A DNA stretch of 64,000 bases from the human T2T-CHM13v2.0 reference genome, Homo sapiens. This document shows positions 1 to 18,958 of this stretch, piece by piece (position 1 is the first letter of the stretch; the number at the start of each line of letters is the position of its first letter). The position numbers and the translations under genes were made by a program. The stretch is from NCBI RefSeq assembly GCF_009914755.1, contig NC_060928.1. One strand, 5' to 3'. Below the pieces are notes generated by a model. That model did no database searches and had not been told where the DNA came from. It worked only from the letters and a program-made list of their open reading frames with translations.

Positions 1-2429
<2,429 letters not shown>

Positions 2430-2836
2430 CTATTTCTTTACAGATAGGAGAAACCCCCAGAATTCCTTGGGGAAATTCCTTTTTCTTCAAAGAAACACTC
2501 TGAACTTTGAATAAGAATCCACCATTACTTAGCAAAAAAGGAATTATTGGTCAGCATCACAGGGCAGCAGTAGCAGGCAATGTCAGCTCTGTCCCTCCAC
2601 GTTCCCCTGAGCTTCTCCCACTATCTCGCTTCTCCCAAAGACTTCCTCTTTCCTGGCCTTACTCTTAAAAGCAACTACGTGGAAATTTTAAATTCTTGTT
2701 TTTAAAATTAAAAAACAAATTGTTGGTTTCTCTTTTTTTAATATGTGAGTCTGTAAAATAGTTTTCCTATAAGTCAGCAATTTCCTACAAAGAAAGGTTT
2801 CCTACTATTGTCACAATGTTTTTTACAGTTTCCACC

Positions 2837-2900
2837 CCTACTCAATGACATAGCCTCATTGATCTACTCCTACTCAATGACATAGACTCATTGGTCTACT
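2837..2900. repeat. 32-bp tandem duplication (2 copies, 30/32 identical)
   Basis: cctactcaatgacatagcctcattgatctact followed by cctactcaatgacatagactcattggtctact. Confidence 0.95.
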
Positions 2901-4173
2901 CCTTTGCTAAATTTTTACTCCAGGTCAAAATACGTTCATATGTTTATAAATTATCAGTAAGGGAAACAAAAGGAGACAAAAGAGCACAAATGGGTGCAAA
3001 GCTGTTAATATGATAGTATCATAATAAAAAAATCCAATTAATTAGGTAACTCTAAATAAATTTAGTTTCAGAGGCCTGCTAAAATTTCCAAGCTCTTTGG
3101 TATGCCTGCCATCCTCACCCCAGTCTGAGTCAGAAATGAAAATATTTAGATATGTTCCCTTCTAAGAGTAGCATCTACCCAGAAGTAAGCTACTTTTTAG
3201 GAATATTTGATTTTGGCCTCACATAAGGGTTCCTGCAGAGATAAAAGAAAAACAACACAAAACCACCCAAGGAACCACAGTTATTTGGCTTTGTAGCCAC
3301 AGTAGTTTATCATTTCTCCTAGCTACATGCACTATACTTGAACAGTTAGAATAGTTTTCATTTATTACATGATTAATCTACAGCCCTAGCCCACTTAAGT
3401 CTATGGTCCATTATACCTCAAAGCAGTAGAAGCTAAATTAGTATGCCATTTTAGAAACAACCTACGTGAGCTTAGTAAAGCTGGATTTACCATACTCAAT
3501 CAATAAATGCATGTTCCTTTTGTACTCATGTGGTTAATTTGTTTTTAGTTGTGCTCCATTGTTTTCATAAATTTAGTAAATAAATGAGCATAGGTGCAAA
3601 CATCATGATTGTTTACAGCACAAATATTATGCAGGTTGAGGGAGTTTTAGAAGACCCACTGGCAATCCTTAAAGCTAAAAAGTATTTAAAGTTCAGACAT
3701 TCTTTTCTTTGCACTTCTGTTCTTGATGTCCTTGTTTTCTGAATATCACAAACCCAACTGTTTAGCTCATGTGGCATGGAAGCTGAATGGGCATACCACA
3801 GAAGTTCTTAATAAATAAAAAATAAAATAAAATAATTTCTGCTTCTAATTTATTTCCCCACTAAAGAAAAGGCAATTTTATATTTGCTTAGGAAAAACCA
3901 CTTTGATTATTACTTCCGTGGGAGGATTTCTTTATTATCTTATTGAAAAACAACAGCTTATAATTCTTTCTTCATGTACAGGTCTATTCAGATTTTCTTC
4001 TAGATAACATGTAGAATACAAGAAAAAACAAAAACTGCCTTAACTCGTCTTTGATGTATTAACGATGTAGAAATTTGTTTAAAAATGATTCTGAACAGCT
4101 AGATGCCTGTTGTTCCCTCTAGTTCTGTGACTATCTGAATTCGATGCCTTAAGTAAAAAGTAGTAAATAAGTA

Positions 4174-4536
<363 letters not shown>

Positions 4537-4939
4537 TCACAATACATACATAACATGCTTATCTTTTTGTCTCTCATTCTCAAATAGACTGGAAACAGAC
4601 AAAAATCAACAAAGATCAGAACTACTTGCATTATAAGCCAAATAATTAAATATTGAGAATTTTAAAAGCCTTAAGATTTTAAAATGTGGACAAATGTATT
4701 TTTTTATATTTCCACAACAATATGCAGTTACCTAATGACTCCAGCCCTGAGATTAATCTATTAGTCTTAAAAATTCCCACATTTCCTCTTATTTTTGCTA
4801 AATTTCACTGACTGCATACTTGTGCAACCCACAACAAAATCCACCAGAACCAGAAATTTTTAGAGCTGGAAGACTTCGAGAGCTGGCCATTGAACATATA
4901 GCACAGGGCAAAGCAGTGTCTCTAATACTCTAATGCTGG

Positions 4940-5050
4940 ATATCCTAAGGTACTTGCTCAAGGTCACACAGTGGTTAGTGGCCAAAGCAGGACTAAACCC
5001 ATCTTCCAGAGAGTCCTGGTTGGGTGGCAGATGTTTCTGACTTTCTGCCA
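4940..5050 (-). mobile_element. MIR fragment
   Basis: acttgctcaaggtcacacagtggttagtggccaaagcaggact matches the antisense MIR core. Confidence 0.7.
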
Positions 5051-5847
5051 CTACAGGAGGTTTGGGGAAGAGGTATGTTAATCATCTCTACTCTACTGCT
5101 TAGGGCAAGATGTTGCATCACTTAATCAGAATGCATTCCTTCCTTTAGCAAAATCTCAAAATGACATATAGTAGAATACCCAGTCTCTACGGAGAAATTT
5201 AATTAAACTGCAGTCCCTTTATACCAGCACAAATATTGTGAGGGAAAACAACTCAACTCCTCTGACATTTTTGCAAATAGGTTTAGTGGAATCCATTCTG
5301 TTTACTTTTACTGACATTTGTTTTTCAGTCAATTATCTCACATGGTTATTTTTTTCCTTTCATAATTTATTGCTAGCAACCTATCCGTAAGGATAAATAC
5401 AAGTAATTCCTTTCTTTGGTACAAGCACCTGAGTTTAGGTTAATAATAGCTGGAGAAAATAAACACTCATTTTACCCCTCCTCTTTCCTTTTCCTGATAG
5501 TTCTAGTTTGCTTATAAATCAGACTGGTGGCAACACCATAATCCAAGCAGGAAGAATTTAACGTCAAATGTGTGAGTGGTTTCTCCTCACATAGCCCTAA
5601 GACGTTGGAAAATAACAAACTTTACTCGATCAGTCATCAGCCAGATAAATAAATATGACAAGCATTTTTTTGGCTCATACCCATCTCCCTTCAATTTTTG
5701 CACACTCTTACTTTAGAACTTTCTGTAAAGTCTTGAAAAATTCAGAAAGCCTTCATCACAAAAAGTTCTACTTTTTTATTCCGTGGAGTCTTATTGACTG
5801 GACACAGAAAAATTAATTTTTAAGAGGTTGAAAAATATGCAGTGTAC

Positions 5848-6012
5848 AGCAATGTTTCTCAAACTCTCCCATGCTCACAATGCTCCTGGAGACCGTGTTA
5901 AAATGCAGACTCAAAGTCGGTAGGTCTGGGATGGGGCCTGAGTTTCTGCCTTCCTAACGCGCTCTCAGGTGATACTACTAGCTCATCACAGACTCCGCTT
6001 TGAAGAGAAAGG
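5848..6012. mobile_element. MER5-type hAT-Charlie MITE
   Basis: cagcaatgtttctcaaact...gttaaaatgcagact...gtaggtctgggatggggcctgag...ctaac...caggtgat. Confidence 0.8.
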
Positions 6013-6934
6013 GTGTATAGGAAAGGGCATTTATTCTGGAGCTGAGGAGACCCCGGCTGACATTGGACCTCATTGGTGCAGTGAGGACCTGAAAGAGCCC
6101 AGCCCTCTGCCAGAGCCCTCTGTTCCCCCTGCAACACTCACTGCTTCACTACCGCCATCTTGCTCCCACCACCAGGACTCCTCCCATATTGCCCTTTATC
6201 CCTCTCCACCACAGGCTGCCCCCAGCTCCCAAAATGACTCTCAACTCCCACAGTCCCTCTTGGACTCTGAACGTAGTCTGTCCCCTTTTCTCACCCCTCC
6301 TCAAGCTCTCAAAATCCTTCCACGGTGTCCTCTGAAACTCAGCCATCAACAAAATTCCCTGTATCTCTTCTCCATTATCTGAATGCTCTCTTCTCCTTCC
6401 TGCTTTAAGGGAAACCTGGCTTTCCACTGAAGAAACAGCCACTCTTGCAGTTCTCTGTAGTGGAATTCACCTTGTCTTTCACGATTCTTATACCTATAAG
6501 GCCTAGAAGTAGAGGACATGTCCTCCTTGCTCCTTATTGCTACTTTCAAACCATTTTCCAGTCCTCTCTCATTTCTAAAAACTCCTCATTTTGAATCTCT
6601 GTCATCAAATTATATCACGCATGACTCCTCATTGTTCCTATCACCAAAACCCCAGGAATTCCCCCTTATTTTCTCTACCCAACCTAGCCACTCTCTCCAC
6701 GGTCATCACCCTAGGCCTTGTTACTATTAACAAGTACATCTTCTCCTTAGTGTCGGTTACATGCACCCCGCTCTCTGTCATCACTTCCTATCATTTCATC
6801 TCATCTCTCCGTACTATACTCCCACCAACACATCTATCACAATTCTTCCATCCCACTGCTTCTGCGAAGCCATTGATCCTATCATTTTTTCCCTGTTTGT
6901 CACCCTCATGCCCTCATTCCTCTCCTTGCCCAAT

Positions 6935-7243
6935 TATTTATTTTTTATTTTTTACTTTTTGAGACAGGATCTTGCTCTATCGCCCAGGCTGGAGTGCAGT
7001 GTCATGGTCATAGCTAACTACAACCTTGACCTCCTAGGCTCAAGCCATCCTCCCATGTCAGCCTCCTGAATAGCTGGAACTACGGATGTGTGCGACCAAG
7101 CCTGGCCAAGTTTTTTATTTTTGTGTAGAGATAGGGTCTCGCCTTGTTTCCCAGGCTGATCTCAAACTTCTAGGCTCAAGCAATCCTCCTGCCTTGACTT
7201 CACAGAATGCTGGTATTACAAACATAAGCCATCGTGCCCAGCC
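6935..7243 (-). mobile_element. AluJ
   Basis: Antisense Alu with J-type features (gagacaggatcttgc, ggctcaagcaatcctcc); TSD ctt(g/a)cccaatt. Confidence 0.92.
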
Positions 7244-7991
7244 CTTACCCAATTTAAATTCCATTATCAATAGCTATTAAATCCTTTGCTTCTCTACAAT
7301 TTGGTTACTCTTGCTTTGCAAAATGATAATCCTACTTAAATCCAAATTTCAGCCTACTTTACATCTGCCCCCACTGCAGCATGATAGAGAAGAATACAAG
7401 CCAGGATGACTGGTCTTGCTTTAAATACTTGGCCATTAACTTCAAGTTGGCCCATCATTCACACTACATGTCTCCAGTTCATACACTCTTCCACTCATTA
7501 GTCTGCCATTTTATACTTTCTCTTTACTCAAGTTCCCAACACCTCTTTTCCCACCATTATACTCAGCTGAAAACCTTGCTTCCTATTTTACTGAAAAAAA
7601 AAAAGAAAGAAAAATGAAACCAGTAAGAAAACGATTTCCACATACTCCCACCAACACATCCACCCACATGCCTGCATCAGCGAACATCTTTGCCTTCCTG
7701 CCTATCACCACTGTTGAATTATCCAATGTTCCTGTCAAAAATTAATCCTTATACTTCTACATTAGATCTTATCACTTCTCACCAATCAAAAACATTATTC
7801 CGTCAATTCTTTGTCTTAAATTATCATTTTTTACTCTCTATTGAATTATTCCCATCATAAAGCATTTGTATCTTAAAAAATAAAGAAAACCTTCCCCTTG
7901 ACCATACTTTTCACTAGTACCCACCGATGTCTTTGCTGCCCTTTCAGCAAAACCTAAAAGAGTTCTCTAATCTCATTAGTTTCAGTGATTC

Positions 7992-8040
7992 CACCCACCC
8001 CATCCTCTTTTACACCCACCCCATCCTCTTTTACACCCAC
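7992..8040. repeat. 21-bp tandem repeat (about 2.3 copies)
   Basis: cacccaccccatcctctttta twice plus cacccac, just upstream of an Alu. Confidence 0.9.
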
Positions 8041-8045
8041 TTTTA

Positions 8046-8418
<373 letters not shown>

Positions 8419-9773
8419 TCACTAGTGATCTCTGCATTGCTAAATCCCCAACTAGGAATTGACCTAAGACAGCACCTGACACAGTTAACCACTCCCTCCT
8501 TCTAAATACAATATTTTTTTTTTCATTTGTCTTCCAGGAAGCCTCTCACATTGGACTTTGCCCTTAGCTCACTGGTTCCTTCATCTCAGATTTCTTTCCT
8601 CATTTTCTGCTCCTTGTATTTTTTAATGTTGAAGTATTCCAGGGCTGAGGCCACAGTTCTCTACCTATCAACTGTCTTGACCGTGGTAATCTTACTCAGC
8701 CTCATGGCTGAAAATATCACATCTGTGCCAACAACTCCTATATTATATACCATGCATAAATATCTTCCCCAGACTCTAGATTTGTATATCTAATCAGCTC
8801 ATTTCTCCCAGATACTAGCCTCTTTGTTTATGCTTCAAACACACTAGGAATGGTCCCATCTTAGAATCCCTTGCATCAGCTGTTCCCTATGCCTGGATGT
8901 TCTCCCTCCAAACATCCACGTGGTTAGCTCCCTCACCTCCCTCAAATCTTGCCTTGCATACTGTCTTCTCGATCAGGTCTAGTTTATCCATCTATGTAAT
9001 ACTGCAACCTGCCTCCACACCTGAGGTTCTCAAAACCACCTTACTCTACAGTACTTGTTTCCTTTTCTATAGTGCTTACTATCGTCTAACATACTGTTAC
9101 CATGTATCTGCATATTAGCTGCTATTATTACTGCCTTCTTACATACTATTTATTATGTTTATTCTCTTTCCCAACCCATTACAAAATAAGCTCCATGAGT
9201 GTTTACATTTTTGTCCATTTTTTTCACTGTTGTATCCCAAGCACGTAAAAAGCTCCTGGTCATAGTAAATAATCAGTAAATATGTTTTGAGTAAATACAT
9301 TTTCCCATCTTTAAAATGAGGACAGAAATAATATTATTTTCTGGGTTGTTATAATGATGCACATAGTAAGTGCTAAATAAGTATCTTTCCCACTTCAAGT
9401 GGATTTTTGATCCTCCTTCCCAAAATAAGATACAGTCTTTGGACATTTCTTCATAGTAGATTTAGCCAGAAATATCTGGTTCTCTCAAGCAGTGAAATTA
9501 CTGCCTATCAGCAAAGATGTTGGGTAATGTTCCTAGTTTAGTGCTCTCTTTCCTTAATTTAAAAAACAATACAATTTATTTTTCAAGGAATAATCTCTTA
9601 AGTGAACAGGAAGCTTGAGGGAGTTGTAGAGGAGGCTGGAGTGAAGATACCCAGTAGAGGAGGAGGGGACACTTGGCAATGAGTCAGATATCTGAGTCAA
9701 CGTTAGGTCAAAGGGTCTAAGCACTGTGCCTGCACATAGCAGGCACTCAGTAAATCTCAACTGAGTAAATGAG

Positions 9774-10281
9774 TGTGGCAGCTGGCTGTAGTAACCCTAG
9801 AAACCCCCACATAGCATCCTCCCTCATTGAGCAGGGCTGATCTGTTTAACCAATAGGATATGGAGGAAATGATGGTAACTTCCAAGGCTAAGTCATAAAT
9901 GACACTGCAACTTCTGCTGTGCACTCTTGGATTTACTGCTCTGTGAGAAGACAGCTATCGTGTCATGAGGAAACTCAAGCAGCCCTACCAAAAAATCCAT
10001 GTGGCAAGAAACTGAGGCTGTTTGATAACACCCAGCATCAACTTGTCAACCAACTGAGTGAGCCATCTTGGACGGGGATCCTCTAGCCCCAGGCCAGCCT
10101 TCAAATATCCATAGCCCTGACCAATGCCTGAATATAACTTCTGTACAGACCCTGATCAAGAACTACCCAGCTAAGTAGCTTCTACATTCCTGGCCCATAG
10201 AAACTGTGAGTTCAAAAATGTTTATTGTTTTAATCCACTAAGTTTTAGAGTGATTTGCTATTTAGCAATAAACCTAATACA
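9774..10281 (+). mobile_element. MLT1 (MaLR) solo LTR, MLT1E/F-like
   Basis: TG...CA ends; acttccaaggctaagtcataaa, gtggcaagaaactgagg, ccactaagttttagagtgatttgcta...gcaata...ctaataca. Confidence 0.8.
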
Positions 10282-11094
10282 ATAAGTAAATGAATGAAAA
10301 GGAAGGTCACAAGATCAACCTCATATTCACCAGTTTATTAAGCAGGGCTTCTATAGTAGTCAATTAGGGTACTAATTTTCAAGTATCAAAAGGGGAGGTA
10401 TAGTCAGTACTTTTTCCTCTAGACAAATGTGGTTTATAAGGGACAATGATAAGGAGTCCTTATACAGAACTATAGAGTATTGGTAAAATATCTTGCATTC
10501 TTCTGAACTCAGTGGGAAAGAAAGAGAAAATTTGCTTTGAGAAAATTTGACAATTCTGGATGCTCATTCTCCAGGCAGAGTCCAGCATCTATTGTCCATG
10601 CAGTGCAGTAGGAGGAGAAGTGCCAACAGAGCTGTGAGGCCTCAAGGAAGCTGAGTCATTTCTTGATTCTTCTAAAGATAGCAGCATTTTTGTCAGCTTG
10701 TCCCTGGAGGGTACAATGGCAACAGACTGGGCAGATGTGTATCATGTGCCTATACTGTGTCAGAATAAAAGGCCACTGCTGTCTCCTTTTCATGGGACCA
10801 GCCAACTTGTACAAATTCTTATTAGGAGTGGCCATGAAGGCCAGAAGAAGCAGGCAGCTTCATCACACTGAGTGTGACTTGGTTTTTAAGAGACAGGCCG
10901 CCCACTCATCACTGATGGTCAGACATTCAGGGCCTCATGTTAAAAATTAACCAACGAAGACATTTACATGACAAATTTAAAAGTCAATGATGCTTTCACA
11001 TTTGAAGATAGTATTGGGGTCTAAATTCAAGGTCCTGTTTGAAAAAATAAAAAAGACCTCAGCCAGTTTGTTTTTCTTTTCTTTTTCTCAGGGG

Positions 11095-11587
<493 letters not shown>

Positions 11588-11840
11588 CCAGCTTAATATA
11601 TTATGCCTAGAGGCTTTAACTACTTTGGGAAATAGTTTGATAAGCCAAGGGGAAAAAAGCTCATTACAAAGTGTTTTTGTTTTTGTTTTTGTTTCAGTTG
11701 GAAGGTTCTAGGCACAGGAGAAATTCCCCCAGGGATCCTTACCAAGACAATTGAGAGAATGTATAAATACAGTTACAGAATAATAGACATACAGATAGAA
11801 ACAGATATAGATAGATACACACATATATATGTTTAGGGAA

Positions 11841-11904
11841 GTGTGTGTGTGTGTGTGTCTGTGTGTATACACAGACACACACACACACTATATATATACA
11901 TATG
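11841..11904. repeat. (GT)n-(AC)n palindromic microsatellite followed by (TA)n
   Basis: Direct reading; 20-bp inverted arms at 11845-11864 and 11869-11888. Confidence 0.9.
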
Positions 11905-12334
11905 TCCAAACAAAATCTTTTTCTTAACTTAGCAATAAAAAGTATTTTGCAAAACAGCTAGAAAAGAATCAACTAATCAAAACCTGTTTTCATTGCTCTT
12001 AAATTTTTTTTAACCTACCGGCAGTTTCCAAACTGAAAGATATATGTAATTCCAGACTTTACAGAGAATCAAACAATGAATTTGGTCAATTTTACACCTC
12101 TAGTTTAGATATTCCAAAAGGAAATTTAAGTGTTTTTTAAATGTTTTTATTTTGTTTACAGAAAAGATGCATGTGAATATTCAGCATTACAAATGAAAGT
12201 TCTTTACTACCATAAAGCACTTGAGGTTTTCATAATTTGAATACTCCTAATATTAATTGTATTTGTGGCTATGATGAATACAGAAGCTATCAAGCCATTT
12301 CCAGTGACTCATATAAAAGATGGCTCTTAGAGCT

Positions 12335-13450
12335 TCATCTTTCCTCTAGGTACACTCACTCCCTTAATGATCTCATCCAATTACTTGGCTTTCAACATCA
12401 TCTATATACTGATGATTCCCAAATTTATATCTGGAGCCCAGATAGCAGCAACTCTGAACTCCAGACTCATACGTCCAGCTGCATATTTGACATCTCCATT
12501 TAAAGTCCTAACATTCATCTCACACTTATCTTGTCCTGACCCAAACCGGATTTTCTCTCTCAAATCTTCTCCTCCCACCATCTTCCCCTTCTCAATAAAT
12601 AGCAGTTCCATCCTCCCAGTTGTTCAGGCCAAAAATCTGGAAGTTATCTTTGACTCCTCTCTTGCTTTCACAGCTGACATCAAGTCCATCACCAAATCCT
12701 ACCATTTCTACTTTCTATGTCAACCAGAATGTGACTTCACAATGTCTCCACCGCAACTGTGTTTATCCAAATCACCATTATCTCTCACCTGGATTACTCA
12801 GTAGCCTCCTAGCTGCTCTTCTGCCTCTGATCTTGCTCCCTGTGGTCCACTAAGTACACAGTAATCAGAGTGATTGAGTAAAACATAAGCAATTAAGTAA
12901 GGTAAGTCTTCCCTCTTTTCAAAACTCTAAGATGACACTTCATTTCAGCAAACTAAAAGCCAGTGCTACAAGGCCCTACATCATCTCTACACCATACCCT
13001 CCACCTTGTTATTCCTCTAACTCATATCCTACTAGTCTCCCCATTGTTCATTCCACTTGAGTCACTCTGGCCTCCTTATCATTTCTCAAACTTCAGGACT
13101 TTCACATTAGCCATAGATGCTTTCTTCCCAGGGAGCCACAGGGCTCCCTCCCTTGCTTCCTCAGGTCTTTGCTCCACTGTAACCTTCTCAGGACTCACCT
13201 GTCAAAAGGCAATCCCTCCCCTCTCTGGCAATACCTATTCTCCTTTGCTTCATTTTTTTCTATATCCCTTTTCATATCTGAGAGAGTAAATCTTTACTTA
13301 TTTGTTTTTTGTTTGTTTACCTCAACTAGAATGTAAACATTCTGAGGTCAAAAGGCACCTATCTGTTTTGTTTACTATTGTATAGCCAGCTTTTAAAATA
13401 TGCTTAGCATAGAGTAGGAACTCAGTACAAACTCACTGAATGTATGAATA
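12335..13450 (+). mobile_element. L2 LINE 3' portion
   Basis: ctatatactgatgattcccaaatttatatc, ccagttgttcaggccaaaaatctggaagttatctttgactcc, ctagaatgtaaa...actgaatgtatgaat tail. Confidence 0.85.
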
Positions 13451-13895
13451 TTAAAGAATTGGAAATCCATTAGCATAAATATTTCACTATGGATATTTCA
13501 GTAATTGGCCACTATACAAGCTGGGACAAAAAAGCTCAATATATTATTGTTCATTCACCCTTGAAACAAACACTCTTACAAAAAAACTCAGAAAAAAAAC
13601 AAAAGAAGGAGAATATTTCTCACATAGTTCAGTATCTGAGGTGATTTCACGTTAGCTTTATGCATCTTTGCTGCAAACCTAAGCTCTACTGTTATGACTG
13701 TTCTTCTGGAAACAAACTGGTTTCTGAATATCTCAATATTATTCTTCCACATCTGAGAACTCCATTAGAGTAGATGATCACACGACGATTTAAAACCAGA
13801 TGGGCAAAGCATATGTGGGTTTAAATCCCCACCACCCCCTCCCCTGACAAATGCAACCAGAGAAATATTTTGTAAAAACTGACTAATTATAGAAT

Positions 13896-14341
13896 AGGAG
13901 TCTTCAAACCGTGGCTCAGAGATGAAAGCCAGCTAGGGTTGCCAAATAAAATACAGAATTCCCAGTTAAACTTGAATTTCAGATAAACGACAAATAATTT
14001 TTTAGTAAAAATGTCTCAAATAGGAACTACTAAATCTGGCAAGCTTAAACCTGGCCCACACCTGTTTTTGTACAACCCATAAGCAAAGGATGATTTTTCC
14101 ATCTTTAAATGACCGGAAAAATTGAAAGGAAAATAATATTTTGTTGCAAGTAAAAATTACATAAAATTTAAATTTCAGTGTCTATAAGTAGTTACTGCAC
14201 ACGGCCATGCTCATTTGTTTATGTACTGTCTATGGACACTTTCCAGAAGCACAGTTGAGTAGCTTCCACAGGGACTGTATGGCCACAAAACCTAAATACT
14301 TACTATCTGGCCCTTTACAGAAAAACTTTGCCAACCCTTCT
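13896..14341. mobile_element. MER58B-like hAT element carrying a nested MER53
   Basis: MER58 ends (caaaccgtggc... and tactatctggccctttacagaaaaactttgccaacc); interrupted at about 13935-14047. Confidence 0.8.
13935..14047. mobile_element. MER53-like hAT MITE, internally deleted
   Basis: tagggttgccaaataaaatacag...ccagttaaacttgaatttcagataaac...ctaaatctggcaagctta; both ends present, most of the second palindromic arm missing. Confidence 0.75.
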
Positions 14342-14960
14342 TATAGAATATTTACTTTTTTACTTTCGCTCACTGAAGACAAAGCAAAGGTAACCTTCTA
14401 CCCCTTAGAATTATCTTTCCTCAGAAGCCCTCCTGGCACTTTATCACTATTTTGGAAAGAAAGTAGAAAGCAAGCTGAGGAGAAGTGAAGAGATGAAGGG
14501 TGCAGGCTATGGCACCCCACAAAACTGAGTGTGAATCCTTAAATGGGGGCCATGTGAATATCACCATACCAACTATCTGCAAGAATTAGGAGACAAGAAT
14601 TGATTTTAAAGGACGAAAAAGGGTCAAGTTTCCAGACTGCAACAGAGCCTGTGATTGTCAGGAGGGCAGAAAAAAAGGAGAAGGAAAGTGAAAAGATAAA
14701 AATTAGGACTAGGAGGATGGACTTCTTAATTATTCACCAAGAGGTGACCTTAAGTAAGAAATAGAGACTTCGCATGGATTCCAGCAAAGACATCAAGACC
14801 ACAATTAGGGAAGTATGGATAGATGTGGTTGGATCAAGTAAGGCAGCAGTAAAACCCTTTCCAAGGTTAAGGAAATCTTGGATTGCATCTATTCAGTACA
14901 GATGTAATTGCCTTAGTTGACATTATAAAGTCCCTGTTGCCAGAAGTAAGCATTTTCATA

Positions 14961-15190
14961 TGGGCATACCTTGCTTTACTGTGCTTTGCAGATATTGCGT
15001 ATTTTACGAACTGAATGTTTGTGGCAACTCCTCCATTCAGCAAGACTGTTGGTGCCATTTTCTAATACCATGCCTTCATTTGGTGCCTCTGTGTCACATT
15101 TTGGTAATTCTCCTAATATTTCAAACTTTTTTTTATTATTATATCAGTTATGATGACCTGTGATCAGTAATTTTTGATGTATTATTGTAT
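14961..15190 (+). mobile_element. Tigger1 left-end fragment
   Basis: ggcatacc...ctttgcagatattgc...tttgtggcaac...tctgtgtcacattttggtaattctc...gtgatcagtaatttttgatgt. Confidence 0.85.
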
Positions 15191-15892
15191 AGTACTCAAA
15201 AGAAAGGGCTTGAGTATGTGTTGCTGCTACTATAAGGAAAAATGAGAAAAGAAAGAGCCACATTTACATGGCTGTGGAATGCCCAGAGTCCCAAAGGAGG
15301 CAATGGAGGAAATGGCAACCACAGCCTCTTTAGCCTTATTCTTTCCAGAAAATATTTTCTACTCAGGCCCCTGAGTTAATGTTATCAGGCCTTTGTATTT
15401 TAAAGCCTAGAAAAACAAGGAGTGTATAAATTGAGGGGACAATTTATAAGATACATCAAATGACTTTATTTGTGACCCATAACCCCAGGCAATGATTCTC
15501 AACATGTGAGCCTCACATGGAAGGCATATTCCCAAACACAACTTCTGACACCAGATATACTGCACTTCACTCCTCCTAAAAGGCATATCAGCATTGGAGA
15601 GAGTGAGAGTGATGTTATCACAGAGATAACCTTGAGGCTGTTCTAAATATATTTTAAATGTAAATTATTTGCAAGCTTCAGTACTTCAACTGTGTTTGGT
15701 AACAAACACTTATGACACACCTCACTCCTGACTTGTGTCACAGCACTGTGACTGAGTAGCAGTGTTTCATGCCACTTCACTAGAACAAAATTTCCCAAAA
15801 ATATAGTCCATGTTAATATTGATTATGGCAATAGTAGTATTAACAATCCCTGTAATCAATCCCTAAGGTTCCTTTGAGACCTATGTTTTTGA

Positions 15893-17865
<1,973 letters not shown>

Positions 17866-18639
17866 TGAAATTGTTTTCTGTTCCCAACATCTGTTGATGC
17901 ACTTCACAAGCTTATACTCATAGTCAGCCAAAATATTCATTAGTTCATTCATTAGTTCATTTATTCTCAACATATAGCTCACGTGATAAGAAGCACTCAC
18001 CTAGTATGATTGATCACAAAAACAGAAATCTCATGCATTTGGGTCAACTAATATGGAATGAGAGCCTGCTTTTTGTCAGATGCAATTCTGGGGATAAAGA
18101 CGAATAGTCATACCCCTGGCCCTCTAGAAGCTAATGGTCTAGTAGGGATGACGGACAAAATAATTTCAGTGTGATGTAGTTAAATTAAAATGGTAGATGT
18201 GAACACAATGTGTGATCAGCCCATAGAAAAGGAAACTGAGTCACAAATGAATAACTGGAGAAAGCTTTGTATGAAAGCTAATGCATTGTTCTTTACAGAT
18301 ATTTACTGTGCAGCTACCCAATTTCAGTAAGAATCCTGTGCATCACCATACAGCTGTTGAGAAGACAGCATGGTGCCTGACATAGGGAGCTTATAGTCTA
18401 ATGAGGAGAGACAAGATGGATCCATTTGCTTGACTCCCAAAGGCAAGTGGAAAGTCACTGAACTCTGCCAGCACCCTCAACCCACCTCTCTGCCCAGGCC
18501 TCCCATTTTCAAGGTGACCTGTACTGTCTTGCTGTTCTGTGGTAGATACTTCAAGAATAACTCCTTAGCACACAGTTTTCCCTTTTGGGAAATATTCACA
18601 AACATAGGATGAGATGTGAGGCCATGACTTTACATGACC

Positions 18640-18958
18640 CAGACATGCTGGAAATAGCTAATTGTTCCTCAAGTAGTACCTGACTCAAACTGAGCCAGCC
18701 AGCAATCTCTCATTAGAATTTGAAATTCTAGACTAAGACACATAGAGATAGGCATTGAATCACATTAATGGCAATGCCTTATGAAGAATGACCACAAACT
18801 CCTGTGACAAGGCCCTGCAGCCACTCTGCCTTCTACTCTGCCCACATGCTACCTGTTGGACTCCCTTCAACTCTCTGAGAACTCTCCCAGTTTCCTTCTA
18901 TCTGCTTAGGTGGGCCAGAGTCAGCTCTTATGCTTATAATCCAAGAAACCCTCCTACA
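18640..18958 (+). mobile_element. Old MLT1 LTR fragment (MLT1K/L-like)
   Basis: 3' end tgcttaggtgggccagagtcagctcttatgcttataatccaagaaaccct resembles the MLT1 terminus. Confidence 0.5.

Noticed and set aside
5969-6382. 137-aa Pro/Ser-rich ORF
   Set aside because: Starts inside a MER5 element and runs into C-rich L2-like sequence; no recognisable domain or splice context.
14600-14960. Possible ancient CR1/L3 relic
   Set aside because: Only faint resemblance; cannot be supported by eye.
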